64,000 nucleotides of DNA from positions 128,001-192,000 of the forward strand of contig CAZQNA010000001.1 in NCBI GenBank assembly GCA_964594835.1, in the 5' to 3' direction. Below, piece by piece: positions 44,958-54,279 of the stretch (positions within the stretch are counted from its first letter, which is position 1; every line of letters begins with the position of its first letter). Position numbers and translations under genes: made by a program. The DNA is from an uncultured Nitrososphaerota archaeon (GTDB lineage Archaea; Korarchaeota; Korarchaeia; Korarchaeales; Korarchaeaceae). The notes under the pieces were generated by a model. It ran no database searches. It was not told the origin of the DNA and saw only the letters and a program-made list of their open reading frames with translations.

Positions 44958-45896
44958 TCACGGCATGAACTGGGTCATGACCCCAGCCTCGAGTATCGTC
45001 CTCCTGAGTAGGAGCCCTCCGACTATGATCAGGATGGCCCCCAAGAGCGGGAGTATGCAGCTCTTCACGACGCTCTGGTCTCTCCCCGCGATGAGGTCCG
45101 CCTTCCTGACGTGATACAGCATGGAGAGCAGGGCGGCTCCCAAGAGCACGAAGTCTAGGTAGGCCACGAAGGACCTCCTGAGTTCTCCGAAGAGCATCAT
45201 CGCCACGGCGGCAGAGGCCTCCGCTGGCCCGTACATGTTGACGTAGTAGTACAGCGCCAGGATGAACATCTCCGCGCCCACGACTATGGCCGCCCACTTG
45301 GAGAGCGTGGTGCAGTAGCTGACGAACCTGGTCCTCTCCTCAACCGGCCTCCTGAGTCCCTGGAACGCGTTGATTATGCCCATGGCCGCTATCCCGGTGG
45401 CGAGCCCGCTCGCGACGAACAGCGCCGGCAGCGCGGGGGAGTGCCAGAAGGGCACGGCCTTGAGCACGCCGAGGAGTATTCCCGTGTAGGTCGTCACCAG
45501 GAGCCCGAAGGCGGAGGCGATCAGCCCCAGGATGTCCATCGCCCTCTCGCTCTTGGACCACGGGACCCACTGGAACCAGGGGAGCAGGCCTGCGGCGTAT
45601 AGGGCGCCGAAGAGGATGAACCCGCTGAGGATCATGGTCCCCCTGAAGACCCAAGAGGACGTCTGGAACTTGATCACCGCCAGGTAGAACTTCTCCGGCT
45701 TCTCTAGATCTAAGATCAGGAACAGGGCGCCCAGAATCACCATGACCAGCGAGGCGACCGCCCCGGGTGCCGCGAGGGACTTCTCCCTCCTGCTGGCGTA
45801 GAAGTAGTGGGCCACTATCATGATGGCTCCGCCCATACCTCCCAGGAACAGGTAGAGGGCTATCAGCCAGCCCCAAACGTGCTGGACCAGAGGCAT
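44958..45896 (-). CDS. nrfD: NrfD/PsrC membrane anchor
   Basis: WGWLIALYLFLGG, LDLEKP, SW..RG, YTG.LL, PFW..P.LP.LF..S, LLRR. Confidence 0.92.
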   Translation of the reverse strand: MPLVQHVWGWLIALYLFLGGMGGAIMIVAHYFYASRREKSLAAPGAVASLVMVILGALFLILDLEKPEKFYLAVIKFQTSSWVFRGTMILSGFILFGALYAAGLLPWFQWVPWSKSERAMDILGLIASAFGLLVTTYTGILLGVLKAVPFWHSPALPALFVASGLATGIAAMGIINAFQGLRRPVEERTRFVSYCTTLSKWAAIVVGAEMFILALYYYVNMYGPAEASAAVAMMLFGELRRSFVAYLDFVLLGAALLSMLYHVRKADLIAGRDQSVVKSCILPLLGAILIIVGGLLLRRTILEAGVMTQFMP

Positions 45897-45917
45897 ACAA
45901 CATCACCTCACATCACA

Positions 45918-46481
45918 CTACAGGGACTTCACCTTGGGTATGTAGAGCACCTTGGGCTTGGTCCCGAGCTCTGGCCTCAGAGGCTTGGCGAGCCCGCTGG
46001 CCGCGATCCTCCCGGCCTCGCTGTTGGGGTCGTCGAGGTCTCCGAATATCCTGACCCTGCCGGGGCAGGTGGCGTCGCAGGCGGGGACGTCTCCCTTGAG
46101 CACCCTGTTGGTGTAGCAGAAGGTGCACTTGTCGACGGAGCGTATCCTCTCGTCCACGTACCTGGCGTCGTAGGGGCACGCGACGACGCAGTACTTGCAC
46201 CCTATGCACAGGTCGTGCTCCACTAGGACCACGCCGTCGGCGGTGACGTGACTGGCCCCAGTCGGGCAGACCGACACGCAGGGCGGGTTCTCGCAGTGCA
46301 TGCAGAGCCTGGGCATGTAGACGACGGTGACGTTGGGGAAGCTCCCGAAGGTGAACCTCGGCACGTGCGTCCTGCGCTTGCCCTCCTCCCACGGGGTCTC
46401 GTTCTCCATGTCGCACGCGGCTATGCAGGCTCCGCAGCCTATGCAGCTGCGGAGGTCTATAATCATCCCGTACCTCGCCAT
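45918..46481 (-). CDS. 4Fe-4S electron-transfer subunit (PsrB/NrfC)
   Basis: CIGCGAC..AC, CMHCENPPCVSVCP, CIGCKYC..ACPY, KCTFC, PAC..TCP. Confidence 0.94.
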   Translation of the reverse strand: MARYGMIIDLRSCIGCGACIAACDMENETPWEEGKRRTHVPRFTFGSFPNVTVVYMPRLCMHCENPPCVSVCPTGASHVTADGVVLVEHDLCIGCKYCVVACPYDARYVDERIRSVDKCTFCYTNRVLKGDVPACDATCPGRVRIFGDLDDPNSEAGRIAASGLAKPLRPELGTKPKVLYIPKVKSL

Positions 46482-46491
46482 ATCCACCACC

Positions 46492-49017
46492 TCACGCCCT
46501 CTCCACCTTAACAAGGACCTCCTGAGTCATTGCGTTGGGCAGCAGCGTGAACAGGTCCTCGTGCATCGGCCACAGCTTGTTCAGGGGAACTCCACCGATC
46601 CTCTTTGCCACCTCGAGCCTGTCGCTCTCCGCGCCCCAGGCGGACACCGTGAACACCGTGTCCGGCCTGACGCCGTCGGTGACGAAGGCCCTGGCCACCA
46701 CAGACTCGCCGGTGGCGAGGCTTGTGATCCTCACAGTGCCTCCGTCTCTTATGCCGAGTTCCGCGGCCTTGGCCGAGTTTATCCAGACGCCGAAGTGCTC
46801 CGGCCTGCCTATGCTTGCGAGGAGGTCGTTGTCGGCCGTGTGGGTGTGGCTGTTCACGGGGCTCCTTCCGTAGGTGAGGTAGAACACGTTTCCGCCGACG
46901 CCGTCCAGGACCCTCGGCGGTATCCAGACGGGGATCGGGTCCCAGTGCTCGTTGTATCCCTTCTTCCCCATGATGCCGGCCATCTTCAGGCTGTAGATCT
47001 CCACCTTCCCGCTCGGGGTTCCGAGGGGCTTCTTGTAGGGCATCGTCCCGACGAGCTGATCCCTGGTCTTGAGGACCAGGCTGCCCTTCGCCACGAGGTC
47101 GTCGTAGCTGACGCCCTTGGCCTCCACCTGAACCCTCCTTATTCCGGCAATGCCCTCGGACTCGTACGCGGACTTGAGGGCCGCCCCGTCGACGCCCAGC
47201 ATGGCCCCAAGGTTCTGGAAGTAGGCGTCCCTCTTGCCCAGCCTGTCCGCCAGCTGCACGAGGATGTCGATCATTGGCCTGCAGTCGTAGATCGGGTCGA
47301 TGGCCCTGACGCTGGTGGCCACGGCGGCGTCCGGCGAGAACCCGACGCCGAACATGGGGTCGTCCCTCTCGGGATACATGGTGTCCGGCAGGATGATGTC
47401 CGCGTAGGAGACCGTGTCGTTGGGCATGACGTCTATGGCTATGACGTCCTCCAGCTTCTTGAACGCCTCCTTCCACTTCCTGTCCTCTGGGAGGGTCCTT
47501 ATCCAGTTGCCCCCGGTCAGCACGGCGGCCTTGATCGGGTAGGGGTCGCCGTTGACTATGGCGTCGTAGTAGGCCAGGATCATCGGCTGGGCCGTGGACA
47601 CAATGATCCCCTTCTTCTTCATCCACTGGACGTCTGCCCTGGCGTCCGGCAGGGCGGATGACTTCAGGCTCCTGCCCGCGGCGTTGAATATCAGGCCTCC
47701 GGGCTTGTCGATGTTGCCCACGAGGGCGTTGAGTATGGCGACCATCCTCCAGGTCTGCACCGAGTTCTGGTACTTGGGGTCGTGCCAGCCTGGGTCTATC
47801 ACGGCGGGCTTTATCGTCCCGAACTCCCTGGCCACCTGCACGATGGTCTCGGTGGGCACGTCGCAGATCTGCGAGGCCCACTCCGGCGTGTACTGCTCCA
47901 GCCTCTCCGCGAGGGCCTGGAAGGCCGTCTTCACCCTCACGGTCTCCCCGTCGATCTCCGCGTCGTACTCTCCGAGGAGCGCGGGCCTAACGGCGTCATC
48001 GTGAGGCTTCGCCTCTCCGGTCGCCTCGTCGTACACGAGGTACTTCCTCTTGCCGGTGTCGGGGTCGTCCCACGCCTTGGCGGGGGCGTTAGTGTCGGCC
48101 TTGAGGAGCATGGGGGCGTTGGTGTACCTCCTCAGGAACTCCTCGTCGTAGAGGCCCTCCCTCACGATCACGTGGCCCATGGCTAGGAGGAAGGCCAGGT
48201 CGGTTCCGGGCTTGATGGGAACCCACAGGTCGGCCAGCGCCGCGCTCTCGCTCATCCTGGGGTCAAGCACCACGATCTTGGCGCCCCGCTTCTTGGCCCT
48301 GGCGAACTGCCAGGCGTACGGCACGCCTATGCTGCCCGCCAGGTTCCTCCTGAGGACCACGATGTAGTTGGCGTACTCGTGGTCGGCCCTGATGTGCGGG
48401 TGCCCTCCGGCCCCTATCGTTACTGTCCAGGCGAATGCCTTCGGGAAGAAGCACATGGGCGGGGGGCTGCCGACGAAGTTGGGCGTCCCGATGGCCTTGG
48501 CGAACGCCACCACGTACGGCTTGTAGACACCGCAGGGGAGCCAGCCTCCCCCGATCATGATGGACTTCGCCTCCCCGGCGTCGATGTACTTCTTCAGCAC
48601 ACCGGCGGCCTCGTCCAGCGCAGTGTCCCAGTCGGCGGCCTCGAAGCCATCCCACGTTCCCCTGAGGGACTTGTCCCTCCTGATGAGGGGTCTCTTCAGC
48701 CTGTCTGGGTTGTAGACCCTCCTGACGCCGGACTGTCCCCTGGCGCACAGGTTCCCGGCGCTGGCCGGGTTGTTGGGGTTGGGGTCGATCTTGCAGAGCT
48801 TCCCGTCCCTCACTCGGAAGAAGGTTCCGCAGCTGTTGACGCACATCCTGCAGAGCCCTGGGACTGAGTACTCCTGAGGCTCAAGCGCCTTGGCCTCTGC
48901 CCTCTTTAGAGTCCTTATCACCACATCTTCCGGTCCAGAGAGCGTGGCCAGCGCACCCGTGACGGCCGCAACCTTCAGGAAGTCCCTTCTCGCGATCTTC
49001 ACTGAGGCCATGGCCAC
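46492..49017 (-). CDS. Tat-exported Mo/W-bis-PGD oxidoreductase catalytic subunit (PsrA/PhsA-like)
   Basis: ARRDFLK Tat signal; CRMC...C, LCARG; Cys ligand in PPMC; DPRMSE.A, PGTD, ADIILP. Confidence 0.92.
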   Translation of the reverse strand: MAMASVKIARRDFLKVAAVTGALATLSGPEDVVIRTLKRAEAKALEPQEYSVPGLCRMCVNSCGTFFRVRDGKLCKIDPNPNNPASAGNLCARGQSGVRRVYNPDRLKRPLIRRDKSLRGTWDGFEAADWDTALDEAAGVLKKYIDAGEAKSIMIGGGWLPCGVYKPYVVAFAKAIGTPNFVGSPPPMCFFPKAFAWTVTIGAGGHPHIRADHEYANYIVVLRRNLAGSIGVPYAWQFARAKKRGAKIVVLDPRMSESAALADLWVPIKPGTDLAFLLAMGHVIVREGLYDEEFLRRYTNAPMLLKADTNAPAKAWDDPDTGKRKYLVYDEATGEAKPHDDAVRPALLGEYDAEIDGETVRVKTAFQALAERLEQYTPEWASQICDVPTETIVQVAREFGTIKPAVIDPGWHDPKYQNSVQTWRMVAILNALVGNIDKPGGLIFNAAGRSLKSSALPDARADVQWMKKKGIIVSTAQPMILAYYDAIVNGDPYPIKAAVLTGGNWIRTLPEDRKWKEAFKKLEDVIAIDVMPNDTVSYADIILPDTMYPERDDPMFGVGFSPDAAVATSVRAIDPIYDCRPMIDILVQLADRLGKRDAYFQNLGAMLGVDGAALKSAYESEGIAGIRRVQVEAKGVSYDDLVAKGSLVLKTRDQLVGTMPYKKPLGTPSGKVEIYSLKMAGIMGKKGYNEHWDPIPVWIPPRVLDGVGGNVFYLTYGRSPVNSHTHTADNDLLASIGRPEHFGVWINSAKAAELGIRDGGTVRITSLATGESVVARAFVTDGVRPDTVFTVSAWGAESDRLEVAKRIGGVPLNKLWPMHEDLFTLLPNAMTQEVLVKVERA

Positions 49018-49069
49018 ACCTGAACCTCTGCCTCTATAGCCATTGATATAAATTTGAAGGATATTACAG

Positions 49070-49103
49070 ATGTTAAATATAACATGCGTTGTGTTCTACA
49101 ACG
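49070..49103. promoter_or_regulatory. Two adjacent palindromic operator candidates in the divergent promoter
   Basis: ATGTTA-AATA-TAACAT (49070-49085) and CGTTGT-GTTCT-ACAACG (49087-49103) in an AT-rich intergenic region. Confidence 0.55.
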
Positions 49104-49173
49104 ATATTCTCATAGTGGAATAACCATGGTGTCGACCGCGGGCTTTTTCTACACCCCGGCCGAGAGAGGCCGG

Positions 49174-50679
49174 ATGGGCGATAGACCGCCTAGAGCGATC
49201 ATCGTGACGCCGACTGAGGAGTGGATCGAGGGTTTAGTTTCGGAGTTCTTCGACTCCATCGCCCTGTCCCCCTCAGACCTGCTTGGAGACCTGAGGAGGT
49301 ACCTCTCGGGTACCACCATCCTGATAGTGAGTTCCTCTGGGGAGCCCGACCTGGAGGAGCTGAGGCGCAGGATGGCGAGTTCGGATGTCAACCCGCTGAG
49401 CCTCATCCCACTCTCGCTCTCTCACCTGGCCGGAGAGGGGAGAGAGGAGGCCGCGAGGGCTGCGCTGAGCTACGCCCTCAGCTGGGCTCGGGAGGCCCCG
49501 AGGCTCACCCGTCACGTGAAGAGGGTGGTGAGGCCCCCTCCGAGGAGGATCTCAAGGAGGGAGCTCCTTCGCCTCCCGAGAACGGTCTGGGCCTATCCCG
49601 AGGCCCCCAAGCTTGTCGGCAGCTGCGCCGGCCCACTCGCGTCCAGCTGCAGGAGGTGCGAGGAGGCCTGCCCCCACGAAGCCCTCACGGTGACGGACGC
49701 GGGCCCGGCCATATCCGAGGTCTCCTGCCTGGACTGCGGCCTCTGTGCGGCCGTGTGCCCCACCGGAGCCCTTCAGATCCCAACCTTCACAGACTGGCAG
49801 GCGTCCCACCTACAGCTCCTCTCGCCGGAGGGGGAGAGGACCCTGCCCTGGATCGCCCTATTCACCTGCGACGCCGGACTGTCTGAGCTGGCGAGGTTGA
49901 GGGTGGAGTCGACTCACATCCTCCCGATCAGGGTCCCATGCGTAGGCGCAGCTGGGTGGTTCGCGATCCTGAGGGCCGCTGAGTCTGGCGTAGATGCCGT
50001 GGCCCTGTACTGCCCTCAGCCGGACTGCGAGAGGAGGGGGGCCCTCGACGGGATCTCCAGGGAGGGCTCCAAGCTGGCTCTACTGCTCAGACAGGCCGGA
50101 GTTGAGCTCTTTTTCCTGGAGGGCGGCCCTCAGTCCATCCTTAGGGCAGCAGACGCCGTCAAAGTCCGGGAGGGCGGGGCGAGGGTCAACCCCAGCGAGC
50201 TCACGCTACAGAGGAGGAGGGACCTCGTGGCGATGGCCCTCAACCTGTGCACCAGCCCGGTGACCGTCGAGGGGTTGATCTACGGGATCGACGTCGACGA
50301 GAGATGCACGCTCTGCGGCGTGTGCGCGGAGAAGTGTCCCCTGGGCTCGCTCCGCATGGAGGAATCGGGGGATCAGGTGAGCCTGACGTTCAGGCCGGAC
50401 CTCTGCATAGGCTGTGGTCGCTGCCTGGAGGTGTGCCCGGAGTCCGCCATGACGCTCCGACCGGCGGAGCTCGACCCCGGGGAGGACCCGTCCGCGCCCC
50501 GCGTCCTCCGCTCGGACGAGATCGCCAGGTGCGCAGAGTGCGGGGCCCCAATCGGACCCAAGAGTCTGGTGATGGCCGTGTACTCCAGGCTCAGGGACCA
50601 GGGTATGGAGAAGGCTGCGGAGGCGGTCCTCCTCTGCCAGCGGTGCAGGGCCAGGAAAATGCTCGAGGGGCTGGCGTGA
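49174..50679 (+). CDS. Multi-[4Fe-4S] polyferredoxin-like protein
   Basis: C.RCEEACP, CLDCGLCAAVCP, CTLCGVCAEKCP, CIGCGRCLEVCP, IRVPC.G, terminal CxxC..CxxC. Confidence 0.85.
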   Translation: MGDRPPRAIIVTPTEEWIEGLVSEFFDSIALSPSDLLGDLRRYLSGTTILIVSSSGEPDLEELRRRMASSDVNPLSLIPLSLSHLAGEGREEAARAALSYALSWAREAPRLTRHVKRVVRPPPRRISRRELLRLPRTVWAYPEAPKLVGSCAGPLASSCRRCEEACPHEALTVTDAGPAISEVSCLDCGLCAAVCPTGALQIPTFTDWQASHLQLLSPEGERTLPWIALFTCDAGLSELARLRVESTHILPIRVPCVGAAGWFAILRAAESGVDAVALYCPQPDCERRGALDGISREGSKLALLLRQAGVELFFLEGGPQSILRAADAVKVREGGARVNPSELTLQRRRDLVAMALNLCTSPVTVEGLIYGIDVDERCTLCGVCAEKCPLGSLRMEESGDQVSLTFRPDLCIGCGRCLEVCPESAMTLRPAELDPGEDPSAPRVLRSDEIARCAECGAPIGPKSLVMAVYSRLRDQGMEKAAEAVLLCQRCRARKMLEGLA

Positions 50680-50697
50680 TGGCCGGGTGATGGGCCC

Positions 50698-51339
50698 TTG
50701 GGAGAGGCGGGACTGTCCGGCGTGGTCCTGGCGGGAGGGAGGTCTAGGAGGATGAACGGCGTCTACAAGCCCCTAGTCGAGGTCGGGGGGCGGCCGATGA
50801 TCTCCTACTCTCTGGAGGCCCTCCGTCCCTCGGTGGACGAGCTCTTGGTGGTCGTCAGGGGGAGCGACAGGGCGGCAGAGCTGTCGAGGGCGGTCGTTCC
50901 GAGTGTGAGAGTGGTCGAGGAGCCCGACTCCGCCCCCCGGGCACCGCTCACCGGCCTCGTCTGGGGAGCACGATCGGCGAGGGGCTCCGCGATACTCGTC
51001 GCCCCTGCGGACACCCCCTTCCTCCCCCCAGAAGTCTACGAGAGGCTGGCGTCTGAGCTGGCCGCCGACGTGGACGCGGCGGTCCCAGTGTGGCCCAACG
51101 GGTACATAGAGCCCCTGGTGGCGGCCTACAGAAGGAGGCCGCTGATAGAGGCGGCCGGGGAGGTGGCCGCGGGCGGCGAACTGAGGATCTCCTCGGTCCT
51201 GTCGAGGATGAGGGTCAGGCTGGTCCCGGTGGAGGCTCTCTCGGATGACCCCCGAGTCACCTTCCTGAACGTGAACACATTCGAGGACCTGAGCCTGGCC
51301 CGGAGGATCCTGGTCCGCCTAAGGGCCCGGCGAACCTAG
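50698..51339 (+). CDS. mobA: Molybdenum cofactor guanylyltransferase
   Basis: VLAGGRSRRM, ADTPF, EPL.A.Y, FLNVNT.EDL. Confidence 0.92.
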   Translation: MGEAGLSGVVLAGGRSRRMNGVYKPLVEVGGRPMISYSLEALRPSVDELLVVVRGSDRAAELSRAVVPSVRVVEEPDSAPRAPLTGLVWGARSARGSAILVAPADTPFLPPEVYERLASELAADVDAAVPVWPNGYIEPLVAAYRRRPLIEAAGEVAAGGELRISSVLSRMRVRLVPVEALSDDPRVTFLNVNTFEDLSLARRILVRLRARRT

Positions 51340-51353
51340 CCTAGCCTACCTAT

Positions 51354-52226
51354 CTACTCCCCTCCCATGCCCTCCAGTATCTCAACGAGCTTCTTGGCCA
51401 GATCCTCAAACGCCCTCGCGGTCTCAGACTCGGGGGCGCAGAGGGGGACGGGCCTTCCCTCGTCGAGGCACCTTGCGACCTCCGGATCCAGCGGGAGGCG
51501 GCCCAGAAGCCTAGTTCCCTCCTCCTCCGCTATCCTCTCACCCGCCCCGCTGCCGAAGATCTCCGTGACGGTACCGCAGTGCGGGCACCTGAAGTAGCTC
51601 ATGTTCTCTATCACCCCAAGGAGCGGGACGTTGAGCTGCTTGCAGAACTCGGCGGACTTCTCCACAGCCACCTGGGAGACGACGCTCGGTATCGTGACGA
51701 CCACGGCCCCCGTTATCTCGGGTATGTTCTGGGCTATGTTCAGCGCCTCGTCCCCGGTCCCTGGGGGGAGGTCGAACAGGAGAAAGTCCAGCTGCCCCCA
51801 GATGACGTTGCTCATCAGCTCCTGAAGGGCCTTGTTCTTCAGGGGCCCCCTCCATATAACCGGCGTCTTCTCGTCCGGCAGGAGGAAGGCCAGCGAGATC
51901 ACCTTGACGCCGGCCGCGCCCGTGATCGGGAAGATTCCCATGGGGAACGCCTGAAGCTGGGCGCCGAGGACCCCCAGCATCCTGGCCATGGCTGGCCCGT
52001 GGAAGTCGTAGTCGAACACGCCGACGGAGTAGCCCATCTTGGCCAGCGTGGCCGCGAGGTTCGCCGTGACCGTTGACTTGCCCACTCCGCCCTTCCCGCT
52101 CAGGACTATGACCTTGTACCTGACCCCGCTGAGCTTCTCCCTTATCTGCTGGTTCATCCCCACCTGGGCCGGCGGGGTCAGCGCCGGCGGAGGGGGAGCC
52201 GGCCTGCCTCCTTGACTTTCTGCCAA
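51354..52226 (-). CDS. Mrp/NBP35/ApbC Fe-S cluster carrier ATPase
   Basis: SGKGGVGKST, VIWRGP, DLPPGTGD, ENMS.F.CPHC. Confidence 0.95.
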   Translation of the reverse strand: MAESQGGRPAPPPPALTPPAQVGMNQQIREKLSGVRYKVIVLSGKGGVGKSTVTANLAATLAKMGYSVGVFDYDFHGPAMARMLGVLGAQLQAFPMGIFPITGAAGVKVISLAFLLPDEKTPVIWRGPLKNKALQELMSNVIWGQLDFLLFDLPPGTGDEALNIAQNIPEITGAVVVTIPSVVSQVAVEKSAEFCKQLNVPLLGVIENMSYFRCPHCGTVTEIFGSGAGERIAEEEGTRLLGRLPLDPEVARCLDEGRPVPLCAPESETARAFEDLAKKLVEILEGMGGE

Positions 52227-52331
52227 TTCTGACTCACCTCGCGACGCCCGATACAACGACGTTAAAATCGCTTCGACCGCGGCGGGACCTCCCTCCACAT
52301 CCTTAATTAGGGCAGGCGCCAGAGACGAGGG

Positions 52332-54254
52332 ATGCTCGACCCTCGAGATCCTCTCGGCTCCCTGAAGGAGAGCATAGCCAGGGAGATTGCGGAGGCCGCC
52401 TCCAGGCTTGGGGTCGGTGTTGATCCGGGGGACGTTCCGGTTCAGAGGACTCCGAGCAGGGAGGTCGGCCACCTGGGCTCTCCAATAGGATTTAAGCTGG
52501 CTGGAAGGCTGAGTGTGAGTCCGGAGGAGGCCTCAAGGGCCCTCGTGGAGGGGCTCAACCTCGCCTCACTCCCCATCGCGGCCTCCGCCTCCCCCTCCCG
52601 GGGGTTCGTGAACTTCAGGTTCGACGAGCCGACCCTGATCCGCTCGGTGGTGGACGCCGCCTCCTCTCCCGACTTCGGCAGGGGGGAGCGGAGAGAGGGC
52701 CTGGTCATGGTCGAACACACCAGCGCCAACCCGGCGCATCCGCTCCACGTGGGCAGCGGTAGGAACGCGGTCATCGGAGACTCCTTCGCGAGGATGCTGA
52801 GACACTCCGGGTGGGAGGTGGAGACCCACTACCTCGTGAACGACTCCGGAAACCAGACGATCCTGATGTCCTACGGGTTCTCCAAGGTGCCCGGCGAGAG
52901 GCCCAGGGGCAAGGTGGACCACTGGTTCGGGGCCGTATACGCGGCGACCAACATAGCAATCGAGCTCAGGGGGGCCGAGGGGGAGGAGAGGGAGAGGCTG
53001 GAGCGGGCCCTTGAGAGGCTGAGGTCCACGCACGGGGAGATAGTCGACAGGGTGCTCAGGGCCGTCCAGGAGGACCCTGACCCCGAGGGAGGGATCAGGA
53101 ACCTCCTCTCCGCCTACCAGGCGGGGGAGACCTGGGCCAGGGAGCTGGTTAGGACGGCCGTGGAGTCCGTCATGGAGGGATTCGTCGAGACGCTTGGACG
53201 CCTCGGGATCGGGCACGACGCCTACGACTGGGAGAGCGACCTTATCTGGAACGGCTGGACCTCCGAGATGCTGGAGAGGCTGAGGTCCTCCGGGTACGTG
53301 GGGTTCGAGGAGGGCGCGGCCTACGTGGACGTGGCCAGGGCGGTGAAGGAGAGGGAGGACGTGGCCAGGGTCTTCGGACTCACCCCGGATAGGGCCAGGG
53401 AGCTTGAGGCTGAGGGGAGGCTGGAGGAGGTCATTCCCCCGAGGTTCTACCTCACCAGGTCAGACGGCACCTGGCTGTACACCGCCACCGACGTCGCGTA
53501 CTCGCTCTACAAGATCGAGGGGGTGGGCGTGAGGGTCTGCTACAACGTGATAGGCGCGGAGCAGAGGCTGGAGCAGCTCGAGGTGAGGGCGAGCGTGGCG
53601 CTCGCCGGGGAGGACCCCGACAGGATACAGCACTTCAGCTACGAGATGGTCAACCTTGTGGGCGTAGCCATGTCTGGGAGGCTGGGGATCTACGTCACGC
53701 TGGACGAACTCATGGACGAGGCCAGGAGAAAGGTCATGGAACTCCTCAGGGAGAGGGAGGGGCTCTCTCGGGAGGAGGTGGAGGAGATAGCCGAGAAGGT
53801 CGCGGTCGGGGCCATAAGATATGCCCTGGTGTCCGTGGACCCGTCGAAGCCTGTGGTCTTCTCGTGGGACAGGGTGCTCAACCTGGAGGCGAACAGCGGG
53901 CCATTCATCCAGTACGCCTACACCCGCGCCTCGGGGATACTGAGGAAGGCGGGAGGTCCTCCTGGAGAGTACCAGGCCGCGGCCCTCGGGACAGACGCCG
54001 AGTACGACCTGGTGATGCACCTGGCCGAGTTCCCGGAGGTCCTGAGGTCGGCGGTCTCTCTGAGGAGGCCGGACGTCGTCGCCCAGTACGCGGGCGATCT
54101 TGCCTCCAGGTTCAACAAGTTCTACGAGACTCACCCCGTCCTACCGACGGAGGAGCCCACCAGGTCCGCCAGGCTGGCGCTCGTCTCAGCGGTGAGGAAC
54201 ACCCTCGGCCTGGCCATGGATCTGATAGGCGTTCCAAGGCTGGAGAAGATGTGA
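52332..54254 (+). CDS. argS: Arginine--tRNA ligase
   Basis: EHTSANP..PLHVG.GRN, RSDG..LY..D, MSGR.G, QYAYTRA, FNKFY, C-terminal EKM. Confidence 0.96.
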   Translation: MLDPRDPLGSLKESIAREIAEAASRLGVGVDPGDVPVQRTPSREVGHLGSPIGFKLAGRLSVSPEEASRALVEGLNLASLPIAASASPSRGFVNFRFDEPTLIRSVVDAASSPDFGRGERREGLVMVEHTSANPAHPLHVGSGRNAVIGDSFARMLRHSGWEVETHYLVNDSGNQTILMSYGFSKVPGERPRGKVDHWFGAVYAATNIAIELRGAEGEERERLERALERLRSTHGEIVDRVLRAVQEDPDPEGGIRNLLSAYQAGETWARELVRTAVESVMEGFVETLGRLGIGHDAYDWESDLIWNGWTSEMLERLRSSGYVGFEEGAAYVDVARAVKEREDVARVFGLTPDRARELEAEGRLEEVIPPRFYLTRSDGTWLYTATDVAYSLYKIEGVGVRVCYNVIGAEQRLEQLEVRASVALAGEDPDRIQHFSYEMVNLVGVAMSGRLGIYVTLDELMDEARRKVMELLREREGLSREEVEEIAEKVAVGAIRYALVSVDPSKPVVFSWDRVLNLEANSGPFIQYAYTRASGILRKAGGPPGEYQAAALGTDAEYDLVMHLAEFPEVLRSAVSLRRPDVVAQYAGDLASRFNKFYETHPVLPTEEPTRSARLALVSAVRNTLGLAMDLIGVPRLEKM

Positions 54255-54279
54255 GGAGGCCCGGGCGGCCCGGCCCGGC

